DNA of 64,000 bases, taken from an uncultured delta proteobacterium. GTDB taxonomy: Bacteria > Desulfobacterota > Binatia > UBA9968. The stretch's first letter is position 1. Each line of letters begins with the position of its first letter. A program made the translations under genes and the position numbers. Under the pieces are notes generated by a model. That model was not told where the DNA came from, ran no database searches, and saw only the letters and a list, made by a program, of their open reading frames with translations. The stretch is taken from assembly GCA_963847445.1 (NCBI GenBank), contig CAWJZV010000004.1, positions 32,001-96,000 of the forward strand, read 5' to 3'. Shown here in pieces: positions 52,772-64,000 of this stretch.

Positions 52772-53250
52772 TATTTACCCGTTTTACGACGCAATGCTTG
52801 CAATAATATTTCATATCTCTGTCCATGAGCGACAAATGTCAGCTCACGCCGGTTGCCGCCGCCGTGGGCGATTCTCAACTCCAGATGCTCGTCGACTTCA
52901 TGGGACGGCAGGAACTCGAACCACTCGATCAAACTGACGCCGTCGCCGTAGAGATATTCGCGCAGGTTGAGGGTTTCCAGCTCTTCCTGCTTACCGACCC
53001 GATAAAGATCGATGTGGTAAACCGGCAAGCGCCCGCTGTATTCGTTGATCAGCGTGAAAGTCGGGCTGCGCACCCATGCGCCGGCAGCCACTTCGATCCC
53101 CTGCGCGAAACCACGGACAAAGCAGGTCTTGCCCGTGCCTAGTTCACCGACCAGGCCAACGATCTCGCCGCCTTGAACTAATTTGCCAAGCTTTCGTCCC
53201 AGATTCTGGCTTTGCCGCGGCGAAGTAGTAACGATAGTCCAGCCACTCAT
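52771..53250 (-). CDS. tsaE: tRNA threonylcarbamoyladenosine biosynthesis ATPase
   Basis: GELGTGKT, SPTFTLINEY, HIDLYR, IEW. Confidence 0.96.
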   Translation of the reverse strand: MSGWTIVTTSPRQSQNLGRKLGKLVQGGEIVGLVGELGTGKTCFVRGFAQGIEVAAGAWVRSPTFTLINEYSGRLPVYHIDLYRVGKQEELETLNLREYLYGDGVSLIEWFEFLPSHEVDEHLELRIAHGGGNRRELTFVAHGQRYEILLQALRRKTGK

Positions 53251-53385
53251 CTGCAACCGGCCTCACTCACTACAACTAGTATATTTTTAACGAGATTTCG
53301 AGTCGGGGCGACGATGGGTCGGAGTTGGCCCTTCTATTATCCAAGCTGGTTTCGTTCCCAGCTCTCATTGTGGTATTTCTGGACC

Positions 53386-53673
53386 ATGGATGTGAAAACC
53401 AAAAATGCAGACCGCCTGCGAAAAGTTAAACAAATTAAAGAGCCTGCAGAGGTCGAGGAGAAAACCGTCACGCCCCGGGCTGGAAAAAGTAGAGATAAAA
53501 AAGCCGGAAACACCTCCCATAAAAGCACCGCGGCAGAAGTAAAGAAATGGAATTCTCGAGCGTCCGCTCGAAGTCTGCGTTCGTCGCGCCATGCCGACTC
53601 ACAATTGAATTGTCACGGCCGCCGCGCGGCGAACAGCTTGGCGAATTCGCCGGCATCGAGCCAGATGCCATGA
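53386..53673 (+). CDS. Possible small basic hypothetical protein (3' end uncertain)
   Basis: MDVKTKNADRLRKVKQIKEP..., Lys/Arg-rich; overlaps the convergent gene; no clear RBS. Confidence 0.35.
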   Translation: MDVKTKNADRLRKVKQIKEPAEVEEKTVTPRAGKSRDKKAGNTSHKSTAAEVKKWNSRASARSLRSSRHADSQLNCHGRRAANSLANSPASSQMP

Positions 53674-53951
53674 CAATCGGCACAAGCGTCCAAGGTCACG
53701 CTGCGATCGATGGCGCTGTACATCCGCAACAGCTCCGCCGAGTCGCGCGGACAGCGGCCCCGTTTGTCATCCCAACGAGCGTCGTTACCGCCCCGGCGTA
53801 ACTCCGCCACTTGGCGCGCATCTTCGGCGAGCAGCCGGCTCAGCTCCTGAGCGTCGAACCATATACCGGCGCAAGTGGAACAACGGTCCACCGCGACCCC
53901 TTCGACCTTAAATTCCGCCAGCGTGGCGGCTTGGCACTTTGGACAATTCAT
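53613..53951 (-). CDS. zf-TFIIB-type double zinc-ribbon protein
   Basis: CPKC...DRCSTCAGIWFDAQEL and CPRD...DACADCHGIWLDAGE. Confidence 0.88.
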   Translation of the reverse strand: MNCPKCQAATLAEFKVEGVAVDRCSTCAGIWFDAQELSRLLAEDARQVAELRRGGNDARWDDKRGRCPRDSAELLRMYSAIDRSVTLDACADCHGIWLDAGEFAKLFAARRP

Positions 53952-54279
53952 CGATACCACGACTCAACTTTCTCGCAGAAGTTCTGTAAACGCTAAAGCA
54001 AAGCCACAGGCAGTTCAAGCAAAATCGAGCTGTCGGCGCAATGACCAAATTCAATCTCACCACGACGGGACTAAGGACACGAAGATGAGAGGGCGGGTTT
54101 CAAACTAGTCCTTACGGGGACAAGCTAGCGGCAGACAAATGGTCCTCCTTAATTCTTGCCTTTTGAATTTTTCCTTTTGCCCTGCCCCCACCATTCTCCA
54201 TTGTCCATTTTTCCTCTTTGCAATTCGGCAAAACCGGCAGTAAGTATGCACCAAACGCAACAAACCGAGGGAGGAACCG

Positions 54280-55297
54280 ATGCTACCCGAGATTTCCCGA
54301 GACAAGCAGTTGGCCATTCTACGCCGGATGCTGATGATCCGGCGCGCCGAAGAACATTGCATTCGCTTCAACGACGAGCACACCGGTCTGATCCGCGGCC
54401 ACTTTCATGTGTACATCGGCCAGGAAGCCACCGGCGTATCGGTGTGCGACTGGTTGAATGCCGACGATTATGTTTTCACCACCCATCGCAACCACGGCCA
54501 TGTCATCGCCAAGGGCGGCGACCCGAAGAAAGTCCTGGCCGAGATCATCGGCCGCGCCACCGGCTACTGCCAAGGACGCGCCGGGACATTTCACGTCGCC
54601 GCGCCTGAAGTCGGCGTCATCCACACCTCCGCCATCGTCGGCGGTTGCCTCGCCCTGGCCGGCGGCACGGCGTACGCCGCGCAGGTCAAAGAGAGCAAAG
54701 CTGTCACCGTGGTCTTTTTCGGCGACGGCGCCATGGAGGAAGGGGTCTTCTACGAATCCTTGAACATCGCCAAGCTCTGGCAACTGCCGCTGATCTTTTG
54801 GATGGAAAATAATTATCGCCGCAGCGGCCGCGGCGCAGGCCATGCCGCCACGGAACTCACCAACGTGGCGAAAGCCTTGAACGTCGAAACCACCGTCATC
54901 GACGGCATCGATGTCGGCACGGTGCACAAGACCGCCAAAGATATCGTCAGCCGCGTGCGCAAAGGCGAAGGGCCGCTGTTCGTCGAAGCGCGCACCCATC
55001 TATGGCCGGGCAACGCGTTCAATATGCCCAAAGCTTGTCGGCGGCGTGACCGATATCGCCTGGGCCTGGGACGCCAGCAAAGCGCCGGAAAAAGTCCGCG
55101 ACTGGCACAAGGACCACGATCCGATTTTGAACTATTTGCGCGAGCTCGCAGGCGCCGGCATAAGCCGCGCCGAGCTCGAAAAGCTCGACGCCGAGGTAAG
55201 TCAGGAAACCGATGCGGCGGCGCGCTTCGCTCTGGAGAGCCCGCTGCCGGATGCCAAGGCGGCGCTCAACTACGCCTTCGCGGGAAAGGGAAACTAG
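54280..55297 (+). CDS. TPP-dependent dehydrogenase E1 alpha-like subunit (frameshift near 55030)
   Basis: GHFHVYIGQEA, THRNHGH, GDGA...ENN; C-terminus DHDPI...ESPLP in the second frame. Confidence 0.9.
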
Positions 55298-55299
55298 CC

Positions 55300-56275
55300 A
55301 TGCCGCAAGAAATGACTTTCGGTGAAGCGCTGCTAGCCGCCATTGACGAAGTGGCAGAGCAGGACAAACGTATCGTGCTGTTTAACCCGAGCTTCGCCGG
55401 CGAAGCTGGCCACGAAAAGTTAGCCGCGTTCCGCAAAAAATATGCGGCGCGCATAAAATTTCCGCCCATCGCCGAGATCGGCTTCTGTGGCATCGCCATC
55501 GGCGCCGCCATGGCCGGCCTGCGCCCGGTGGTCGACATTAGCACCGCGACCTTTTCCTACGAAGCGATCCCGCAGATCGTCAACGAAGCGGCCATCGCCT
55601 ACTCCAACTCCGGCGGACAGACCAACGTGCCGGTGGTTTTTTATATGAAGTTCGGCATCCGCGGCGGCGGCGGCGTGCAGCATTCCGGCAGCCCGCAGTC
55701 GTGGTATTGGAACACGCCCGGTTTGCAAATCGTCATGCCGTCGACTGCCGGCCGACGCCAAGGGGCTCATGCGCACGGTTTTGACCAAGAGCGAAGACCC
55801 GACGATCTTCTTCGGCCATGACCGGCTGCTCGACGACCTTGGCGAAGTGCCGGACGGAGTCTACGAAATCCCCCTAGGCAAAGCCGATATCAAGCGCGCC
55901 GGCAAAGACGTGACCATCATCGCCACATCGATCCAAGTGCCGCGCGCCTTGGCCGCGGCGGAAACGCTTGCGCAGGAAGGCATCTCCGCCGAAGTCATCG
56001 ACCCGCGGACGTTGCAACCGTTGGACAAACCGGCGTTGCTCGCGTCGGTGAAAAAAACCGGCCGCGTGCTGATCACCGACGAAAGCCATGACAACTGCGG
56101 CGTCGCCGCCGGCTTGGCCGCGATCATCGCCGACGAAGGCTTCACCAGTCTGCGCGCGCCGATCAAACGCGTGTCGATCCCGCCGGTACCGGTGCCCTAC
56201 GCCGTGCCGTTGGAAGACTACGTCACGCCGATGGCGCAACGGATCGTCGAAGCGGCGCGGGCGCTGTGTAAATGA
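55300..56275 (+). CDS. TPP-dependent dehydrogenase E1 beta-like subunit (frameshift near 55750)
   Basis: PIAEIGFCG...GAAMAGLRPV, QHS, IPLGKADIKRAGKDVT, EVIDPRTLQPLD. Confidence 0.9.
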
Positions 56276-56303
56276 TGTGAAGATGAGTCGGAATCGGGGA
56301 TAA

Positions 56304-56384
56304 GTGATCGACGGTCTCGTCGCGGGCTTGTTCAAACTCGACGCTGGGATGGTCGCGAAATTGAAGAGCGTGTTGGTGCCGTAG
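56304..56384 (+). pseudogene. Possible orphan 3' gene remnant (resembles the C-terminus of Bug/TctC-type binding proteins)
   Basis: VIDGLVAGLFKLDAGMVAKLKSVLVP*; family resemblance is from recall only. Confidence 0.35.
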
Positions 56385-56883
56385 ACGACGAAAACCGGCC
56401 CTCCGCCGTCGTGACGCTGGGTAGCGGGCTGTGGTGAATTTGCGCCGGGGGTTATGAACGATCTGTTCATGAACGCGGCCGCCAGGCTGGGGAAGGAAAC
56501 TGCGCCTACCAATTGACAGAATCAGCAATCGGCATAGTCGTGCCAATTGATTGGCTCAGGAGTGTAATCTCCGGAACCACTAAGCGCCGCGCAGCTCGAC
56601 GACAATAAAACGATGAAAAGCAGGGCCAACAACTCGGCAGAAATCTTCATTGACTTTCACGCCTCCCGACAAAAACATTACGCTGACTGGATCGTGCCGA
56701 ACTAGAGTGCCGAACGGGAGCATATCCAGGCCGGGAAACAGAGTCAATTACTTTTTACCCGGATTGCTTTTATCCCGGATATCGCACCAGCAGCAACTGA
56801 TTTTGGAGGCAAATATGGAACTGCGCGCTCATTTGGTTGTATAAGTCGTTCCCAGTCCCGACCGCATCGAATGGAGGTCGCCC

Positions 56884-57312
56884 ATGCAGACAATCCGAGA
56901 CATCCTAAGGGTTAAAGGAACCGATGTTTGGTGCGTCGAGCCTGACGCCACGGTATTCGACGCGCTCCAACGCATGGCCGAAAAGGAAGTCGGCGCCCTG
57001 GTGGTCACGGAAGGCGCACAGGTCGTCGGCCTCATATCAGAGCGCGAATACGCGCGCAAAGTCGTACTCGAGGGCCGCACTTCTCCAACCACGCTGGTTA
57101 AGGAAATCATGATAACGCCGGTCATGTATATTCACCTCGACCAAGCGATTGAAGAATGCATGTCCCTGATGACCGAAAAACGCACCCGCCATCTTCCCGT
57201 CATCGAAGACGGCAAACTCGTTGGTCTCATCTCGATCGGCGATATCGTGAAGTCGATCATCGCCGACCAGCGGTTCCTGATCGAGCAACTCGTGCGCTAC
57301 GTCAGCGGGTAA
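56884..57312 (+). CDS. CBS domain pair protein
   Basis: GGAGG RBS; VGLISEREYARKV, RHLPV...VGLISIGDIVK. Confidence 0.93.
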   Translation: MQTIRDILRVKGTDVWCVEPDATVFDALQRMAEKEVGALVVTEGAQVVGLISEREYARKVVLEGRTSPTTLVKEIMITPVMYIHLDQAIEECMSLMTEKRTRHLPVIEDGKLVGLISIGDIVKSIIADQRFLIEQLVRYVSG

Positions 57313-57461
57313 GCGTTAAAGCGTCTATGACGCACCAGAAACTTAACCATCGCCGGACGCGGCATTGCGTTTTCCCCAAGATTTCCGAGAGTCCAGATTC
57401 ATACCCGACCCCAATCTCCGCGCACTGAAATGATTTGACAATGAAACATTTGGAGGCACCC

Positions 57462-58550
57462 ATGGGACAAAGACTGATCGACGCCGACGGCCATGTCATC
57501 GAAGACGAAACCCTCATGGACTTTCTTGAGGAGCCCTATCGCAGTTGTCGAACCCAGGGCGGCATTATTGGACCGATACGCAATGTACTGGGCAATGTCT
57601 TTCCGAGCTTAGACTTTCTTCATCTGGCGACTTTCAAACGCAGTGACCGCGCCTTCGGCGGAGGCAAGCGCGTCGGCCCGGAGCAGTGGCTGGAATTTCT
57701 CGAGGTGTCGAAGTTCGAGTACGCTTTTCTCTACCCCACTGTCGGCCTCGCCATGGGCAACATCGTGCATCCCGATTGGGCCTGCGTCGTCGCCCGGGCT
57801 TACAACAACTGGCTGCACGACCGCTACATGAAGCGCAGCCCCAAGCTCAAAGGCATGGCGCTGATTCCGATGCAGGATGTCAGCGAAGCGGTTAATGAAA
57901 TGCGCCGCGCCGTCAAAGAACTCGGTATGCCCGGCGCCATGCTGCCGTCGCGCGGCTTGCCCTTCGATCTCGGCCACCGCACCTACTGGCCGATTTATGC
58001 CGAGGCGGAGAAACTCGGCTGTGCGCTTGCCGTCCACGGCGGTTGTCATCACGGCATGGGCCTCGACACTTTTGAAAACTTCGTGCCGATCCACGGCATG
58101 GGCCACCCGCTGTCGTTGATCATTGCGTTCTCCGGCATGGTCTATCACGGCGTCTTCGATCAGTTCCCCAAGCTGCGCATTGGCTTCCTCGAAGGCGGTG
58201 CCGCCTGGGCAACCTTCTGGATGGACCGCATGGACCGTTCGCACCACTACTTCGGCGAACTCAATCTGCGCGAACGCTACAAAGGTCCATCGATGCAACG
58301 TAAACCCAGCGAGTACTTGAAGTACCCCAACGTCTACATCGGCTGCGAAGGCGGTGAAGTGGGCCTCGACTACCAGGTCAGACGCGCCGGCAACAACCAC
58401 TTCCTCTTCGCCAGCGACTTCCCCCACGAAATTGGCCCGCAAGACATCCTGCACGAGATCGAAGAGGTACAGGAATACGAAGGACTCAGCGACGAAGACA
58501 AGGCGGCGATTCTCGGTGGAAATGCGCTGCGGTTTTATCAGGTGACTTAA
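57462..58550 (+). CDS. Amidohydrolase family protein (amidohydro_2, decarboxylase/hydratase-like)
   Basis: IDADGHV, ARAYNNW, AVHG, FLEGGAAW, FASDFPHE, ILGGNA. Confidence 0.92.
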   Translation: MGQRLIDADGHVIEDETLMDFLEEPYRSCRTQGGIIGPIRNVLGNVFPSLDFLHLATFKRSDRAFGGGKRVGPEQWLEFLEVSKFEYAFLYPTVGLAMGNIVHPDWACVVARAYNNWLHDRYMKRSPKLKGMALIPMQDVSEAVNEMRRAVKELGMPGAMLPSRGLPFDLGHRTYWPIYAEAEKLGCALAVHGGCHHGMGLDTFENFVPIHGMGHPLSLIIAFSGMVYHGVFDQFPKLRIGFLEGGAAWATFWMDRMDRSHHYFGELNLRERYKGPSMQRKPSEYLKYPNVYIGCEGGEVGLDYQVRRAGNNHFLFASDFPHEIGPQDILHEIEEVQEYEGLSDEDKAAILGGNALRFYQVT

Positions 58551-58885
58551 ACGCGGTAAGTGCCGAGGAGGCGGTTCGAGCTCTAGCGATTCTCGCAGTT
58601 ATCTTTCGGTTGTAAGCGTCACGGCGAGAGGATCGAGGGAATGAGGTTTCAGGTGTCAGATTGCGAGGTCGAGGAAGTGCTCCGGTCAGGATCCTCGTCT
58701 TATTTGTCTTGTCAGTCATATTTCTGTTACGCTACAATTGTCGGGCCGTCGATCGTCGGCCACTCAGCGCCGGAGCGGCAGAGGTTGAAGGTATAAAGCG
58801 GCAGAGTGGTGCATACTGACGAGATAACTTTTGCCAGCGGCGGACCGCGGGCAAGTTGATAGATACCAAACAGGACCAAACCGAA

Positions 58886-59768
58886 ATGAATCTAGCAAAG
58901 CATCCTCAGGCGCGCAGCGTAACTGGCGGCACCAAGGTCACGAGCAAAGCAGTGGCGCCGCTAAACAAAGGAAAACTGCAATTTCAACGCTTTGTGATCC
59001 CTTACCGAGTGTACGGCGACGCAGAAGCTACCCTGGTTTTTATCAATGGGATCCATCAATCGATGGCCATGTGGCATAGCTTTGTCCGTCGATTTGAGCA
59101 GACGCTACCGGATCGTTTTGTTTGACTTTCCGCATCAGGGGGCAAGCCGGATCGTTACCGGATCAAGCTCGGTCACCCTGGAGGAGCAGGTCGATATATT
59201 GGATGCGGTGGTTAAGGCGACGAGCGGAGCAGGCCGGCCGACGATTTGTTCGGCGTCGTGGGGTGGAGTGGTGGCACTGGCTTATGCTGCGCGCTATCCG
59301 GACAGGCTGAGAAATTTGATCTTGGCCAGCATGGGGATGAAGGCGAATCAAGCGATGATCGAGTTGATCACCAGGGGCTTGGCCATGCCGAGCAAAGACG
59401 GATCAACGGTGGCCGAGACTGTGATCCAGGGGGTTGGTCAAGAACTGCCGGACGCTATGAAGAGTCGGATAATCGGCCAGTTTCAACGGATGAGCAAAGA
59501 GGCGCTAGAGGCTTTTTGTGAGCATGGATTGACCGTCATATCGGTGCAGGATTTGACCGAGGTCGTCGATCTTAGCAAAGTCCGATGCCAGACCATGCTT
59601 TTGCACGGAGAGAACGACGTCATCATTGACGCCGAAGACGTTCGGTCGTTGGCTGCGCAGATTGCCCACGCGGAGATGCGCACGATTAAGAATGTGGGAC
59701 ATTTTCTCCATCTGGAAAAGGAAGAGATCCTGGATGTGTATGAAGAAGTCCTCGCCTCACTGCGCTAA
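58886..59768 (+). CDS. Alpha/beta hydrolase, RhlA/PhaG-like (frameshift near 59095)
   Basis: FING, VLFDFPHQG, nucleophile SASWGG, GEND, GHFLHLE; start approximate. Confidence 0.8.
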
Positions 59769-60199
59769 GAAGCTATGAAGCGGGTCGGCCCGACTGGTGT
59801 GATGCAAAGGTGTGACCCTGCACTTTTCCTCCTCATCGCACCACTCTCACTAGCGTTTATGTAAATGATTGCGATGTGAGCTGTTTATTGACGATTTGTC
59901 CATCTTGCATGTCCTCCGAATATAGAGTCTTGCATCCGGCCCCAACGGCTGATGCCACAATTGTCGCATCGTAGATCGAGAATCAATAGCGCAATCATGG
60001 GTCTCAACGGTGACTGGCTCGATCATGGCATATCGCGCGAATGGGTCCGCTCATTCAGAGCGGTAGCTGATCCGGTTAATCCATTCCTCCGCCTCGGAGA
60101 GCAACCAAATCAACCGGATCTTCCACCACGGGAACGACTGAGAAATGATGCGTCATCACGCGCGCCCCAAGGCTCTCTCAAGGGCAGCGCGCGCGATCG

Positions 60200-62019
60200 C
60201 TAGGCGATAACCTTGGAGTCGGCATGGTTGGTGAGCTTCAATTCTTCGCGCTCGTATTGCAGCTGGTAAAGCCGGTAATAAATGCCCCTGCCGGTCCATC
60301 AGCTCGGCGTGGCTGCCGATCTCGCGCACCTCGCCATGGTGCAAGACGATAATGCGGTCGGCATTGCGGATGGTCGACAGCCGGTGCGCGATCAACAGAC
60401 AGGTGCGGTCGCGCATGACTTTATCCAGAGCGTCTTGGATCAACGCTTCGGTTTCAGTGTCGACGCTGGAGGTCGCCTCGTCCATCACCAAGATTTCCGG
60501 ACCGAACACCAGCACCCGCGCCAGCGACAAGAGCTGGCGTTGGCCAACGGAAAAATTGCTGCCCCGTTCGCGCACCTGGGCAAGATAGCCGTCGGGCAAC
60601 TGGCGAATGAACTGATCGGCGTTGGCGTGCTTGGCCGCTTGTTCGACGCGCTCCTGGGAGACCGACGGATCGCCCAGGATCAGGTTGCCGCGCACGTCGC
60701 CGGAAAACAAAAACACATCCTGCAACACCACGCCGATATGGCGGCGCAAGGCGTGTAAGATCCCAGTCGCGCACATCGACGCCGCTGACTTTGATCGAGC
60801 CCTGTTGGATATCGTAGGAGCGGTTGAGCAGCTTGATGGTGGTCGTCTTGCCCGAGCCGGTGGCGCCGACGACGGCGACTTTTTCCCCCGGCGCGATGCG
60901 GAACGAGACGCCTTTCAAGACCGGATCGCCGACCTTGTAGCTGAACCAGACGTTGTCGAAGACCACTTCGCCGCGAAACGGCTTGGGCACCACGGCGTTT
61001 TTGCGGATTTTGAATATCGACCTCGGTGTCGAGCAGTTGGAAAATTCGCTCCGCCGAAGCCATCGCCGACTGCATGACCGCGTACTTCTGGCTGAAATCG
61101 CGCATCGGCACAAAGAACCGGTGCACGTATTCTTTGAAGGCCACCACCGTGCCGATGCCGATGATGCCGTGCAAGACCTCGCCGCCGCCGTACCAGAGCA
61201 ACAGCCCCAGGCTCACCGAGCCGGCGGCTTCGACCATGGAATAGAGCGCGGCCTCGTAGCTGTTCGACAGATGGTAAGCATCGCGATGATCGGCGTTAAG
61301 CTCTTCGAACTCGCGATAGGTTTTCGCCTCGCGGGAAAACAGCTGGATCACCATCATGCCGGAAATCGCCTCTCCTAGATAAGCATTCACCCGGGCGATG
61401 CGCTCGCGGATCTGGCGGTAGTTCTGGCGTGCCTTGACGCGGAAAAAGTTGATCGCGAACATCATCGGCGGGATCAACGCCAAGGACACCAGCGCCAAGC
61501 CGACGTTGAGATAGAACATGATGCTGACGATCCACACCACCATGATGAGGTCGGACACCAGCGTCAGGACGCCGGAGGAAAACATCTCCTGCAGCACGTC
61601 GACGTCGGTGGTCATGCGCGTCACCAAACGGCCCACCGGGTTGCGGTCGAAATAACTCATCGGCAATTTCTGCACATGGGCGAACACCGCCGCGCGCAGG
61701 TCCGCCAAACAGCGCTGCGCCACTAACATGGAAAAGTAGTGGTGCGCAAACGCCGCCACCGTCTCGCCGATCAGCGCGGCGAGGAAAAGCAGCATGACGT
61801 TCTGCAAGCCCCAGAGATCCTTGCCGGCGATATACTGGTCGATGCCGATTTTCATCAGATACGGCTGCGCGACGCCGAAGGCCTGCTGCAAGCGGCAAGA
61901 GCAGCATGGTGAAGATAAAACAGCCGCTTGTAGGGAATGATGAACTTCCACAAGCGCCGGATCAGGCGCAGATCGTAGGCTTTGCCGAGGACTTCTTCTT
62001 GCTGCGCCGCCTGGGCCAT
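60200..62019 (-). CDS. ABC exporter ATP-binding/permease subunit 2 (multiple frameshifts)
   Basis: [54 protein letters not shown]; TAATG coupling to the upstream gene. Confidence 0.9.
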
Positions 62020-63761
62020 TAGATTTGTTCGAGCTCCTCGCTCAAGCGTTGCTGCTGGTACAGATCGGCGTAGACGCCGCCCCGGCGCACCAAGGCTTCG
62101 TGATCGCCGCGCTCGATGATCTTGCCGTCGTCGAGCACGAGGATCTCATCGGCTTCTTTCACCGCCGAGATACGGTGCGAAATGATCAGGCAGGTTTTTT
62201 CCTTGAGAAACGGCCGCAGCCCGGCGAGGATCTCCGCTTCGGTCTGCGCGTCGACACTGGAAAGACAGTCGTCGAGAACCAGCACCGGCGAGTCCATGAT
62301 CAGCGCCCGCGCCAGGGTCGCGCGCTGCTTTTGCCCGCCGGAAAGGGTCACGCCGCGCTCGCCCACCAGGGTTTCCAAACCTTTGGGAAAGATTTCCAAA
62401 TCGCGGTCGAGCTTGGCGATCTTGATCGCCCGCTCAAGCTCTTCTTCGCTGTACTCTTCGCGGCCCAGGGCGATATTGCGGCGCAGCGAGGTCGAAAACA
62501 GAAACGGGTCCTGCGGCACATAGCCCATCATCCGGCGCAGCTCCGAGAGCGACAGCTGGGTGAGCGTTGCTGCCCGTCCAAGAGAATCTCGCCGCTGCTG
62601 GCATCGAACAGGCGCGGCACCAATTGCGCCACAGTGCTCTTGCCCGAACCGATGCGACCGACCAATCCGACCGACTTGCCGACGGGAAGCTTGAAATTGA
62701 TCCCTTCGAGGGCCGCGTGGCCGTTGCGCTGGCCATTGTAGGCGAACGAGACATTGCGAAATTCGATGCCGTGCTTGAGGCCCTGAGCGGGCAGCGGCAC
62801 CGCTGGGCTGGCGATCGCCGGTTCGGTCTCGAGAATTTCCTCGAGCCGCCGCATCGCCGCCCGGCCGCGCTCGACCAGCGACAGCATCCAGCCGAAGGCC
62901 GCCGTCGGCCACGCGAGAACGTTCAGGTAGGCGATGAAGGCAACGATGTCGGCCACCAGCAAATCGCCGCGCAAGACGCGCACGCCGCCGTACCAGATGA
63001 CGATCAACACGGTCAGGCCGTTAATGCCCTGCATCACCGGATTGACGATGCCGCGCATCTTGGCCATCTGCATGCTTTTGACTTCGTAGTCTTTGTTGAG
63101 GCCGATGAATTGCTGGGTTTGAAAATCTTCCTGGGAGTAGGCTTTGACCACATGCATGCCGCTCAAGTTTTCCTGCACATGGCTGCTCAGCACCGACATC
63201 TGCTGCTGCACTTCCAGGGAGCTTTTCATGATTTTGCCGCGAAACACGCGGGCGACAATCATCAGCAGCGGAAACGGCGCCAGCGCCGCCAAGGTCATGC
63301 GCACATCCATCGACAGCATGAGAATCACGGCGTAGACGTAATAGAGCGGCGCATTGACGAAGTTGAGCACGCCGGGGCCGAGCATGACGCGCACGGCGGA
63401 GATGTCGTTGATCACCCGCGACATGAGATCGCCGGTGCGGTTGGCTTGATAGAAACGCCAGCGGCAGTTTTTCCAGGTGCGCGAACAGATCGTTGCGCAG
63501 ATCGTATTCGACATCGCGGCCGGCGTTGAAAATCAACGCCCGCGAGTAGGTGCGCACGATGCCCTGGAGGACCGCCGCGGCGATGATCAGCAAGGCGTAA
63601 AAGCGCACGTCGCTCAGCGAGCCGCCCTGCTCGATGATGCGCACCACTTCACGGGTCCACCAGGGGATCATCATGACCAGCGTGGCGGTGCCGAGCAGAC
63701 ATAGTCCGCCAATCAGGTAGCGCCGCCAATAGCGCCGTAAATATTGCCACAATCGCCCCAT
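62019..63761 (-). CDS. ABC exporter ATP-binding/permease subunit 1 (frameshifts near 63460 and 62570)
   Basis: TGDLMSR, GRIGSGKST, LSGGQKQR, degenerate Walker B LDDCLSSVD; heterodimeric exporter pair. Confidence 0.9.
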
Positions 63762-63886
63762 GTAATCCCTAAAAATACTCTACGGCCCGGCAATCGCAAG
63801 GTAAACAAAGTCCAACGCTCGAGAATTGCGGAAATTTTCGCCGCTCGCTTGACTTCGGACGCGGTCAACTTTAATACTCATCGGTT

Positions 63887-64000
63887 ATGACTCAAGCACA
63901 ACTCACCCGCCGCGACGATCTGCGCAACATCGCGATCATCGCCCACGTCGATCACGGCAAGACCACTCTGGTCGACGCCTTGCTGCACCAGAGCGGTATT
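63887..64000 (+). CDS. typA: Translational GTPase TypA/BipA (5' part)
   Basis: [38 protein letters not shown]; runs off the window end. Confidence 0.92.
   Translation, partial: MTQAQLTRRDDLRNIAIIAHVDHGKTTLVDALLHQSGI

Noticed and set aside
54280-55821. Apparent 513-aa E1 alpha-beta fusion
   Set aside because: Produced by a frameshift near 55030; the alpha C-terminus and stop (55297) are in another frame and beta has its own ATG at 55300.

Overview
GC-rich bacterial genomic window with about 60 CDS and no rRNA, tRNA, CRISPR array, integrase or transposase that I can support. Gene content (Rieske oxygenases, many orphan NMT1/SsuA-type binding proteins, LLM, M20, MmgE/PrpD, amidohydrolases) and the tsaE-lysC-cimA-cysE-mnmA-mtaB-rnc block suggest a deltaproteobacteria-like lineage such as Binatota (inference only). 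About 20 genes carry frameshifts, clustered by region and probably long-read indel errors, so several calls are stitched from two or three frames. Highlights: (1) a selenocysteine GrdB-type reductase operon with two divergent GrdE-like subunits, two binding proteins, a DapA-family lyase and a peptidase S51, but no grdA/C/D; (2) a second UGA-recoded selenoprotein (redoxin, UxxC) that the ORF track truncates; (3) an unannotated 48-aa DnaJ-type zinc-finger microprotein between a NIPSNAP gene and a diverged copy of its own 3' end; (4) several families of nested palindromic and inverted-tandem intergenic repeats; (5) enzymes with altered canonical motifs (SdhA-like plus mini-SdhB, E1 alpha/beta without E2/E3, M20) and an RhlA/PhaG-like hydrolase.
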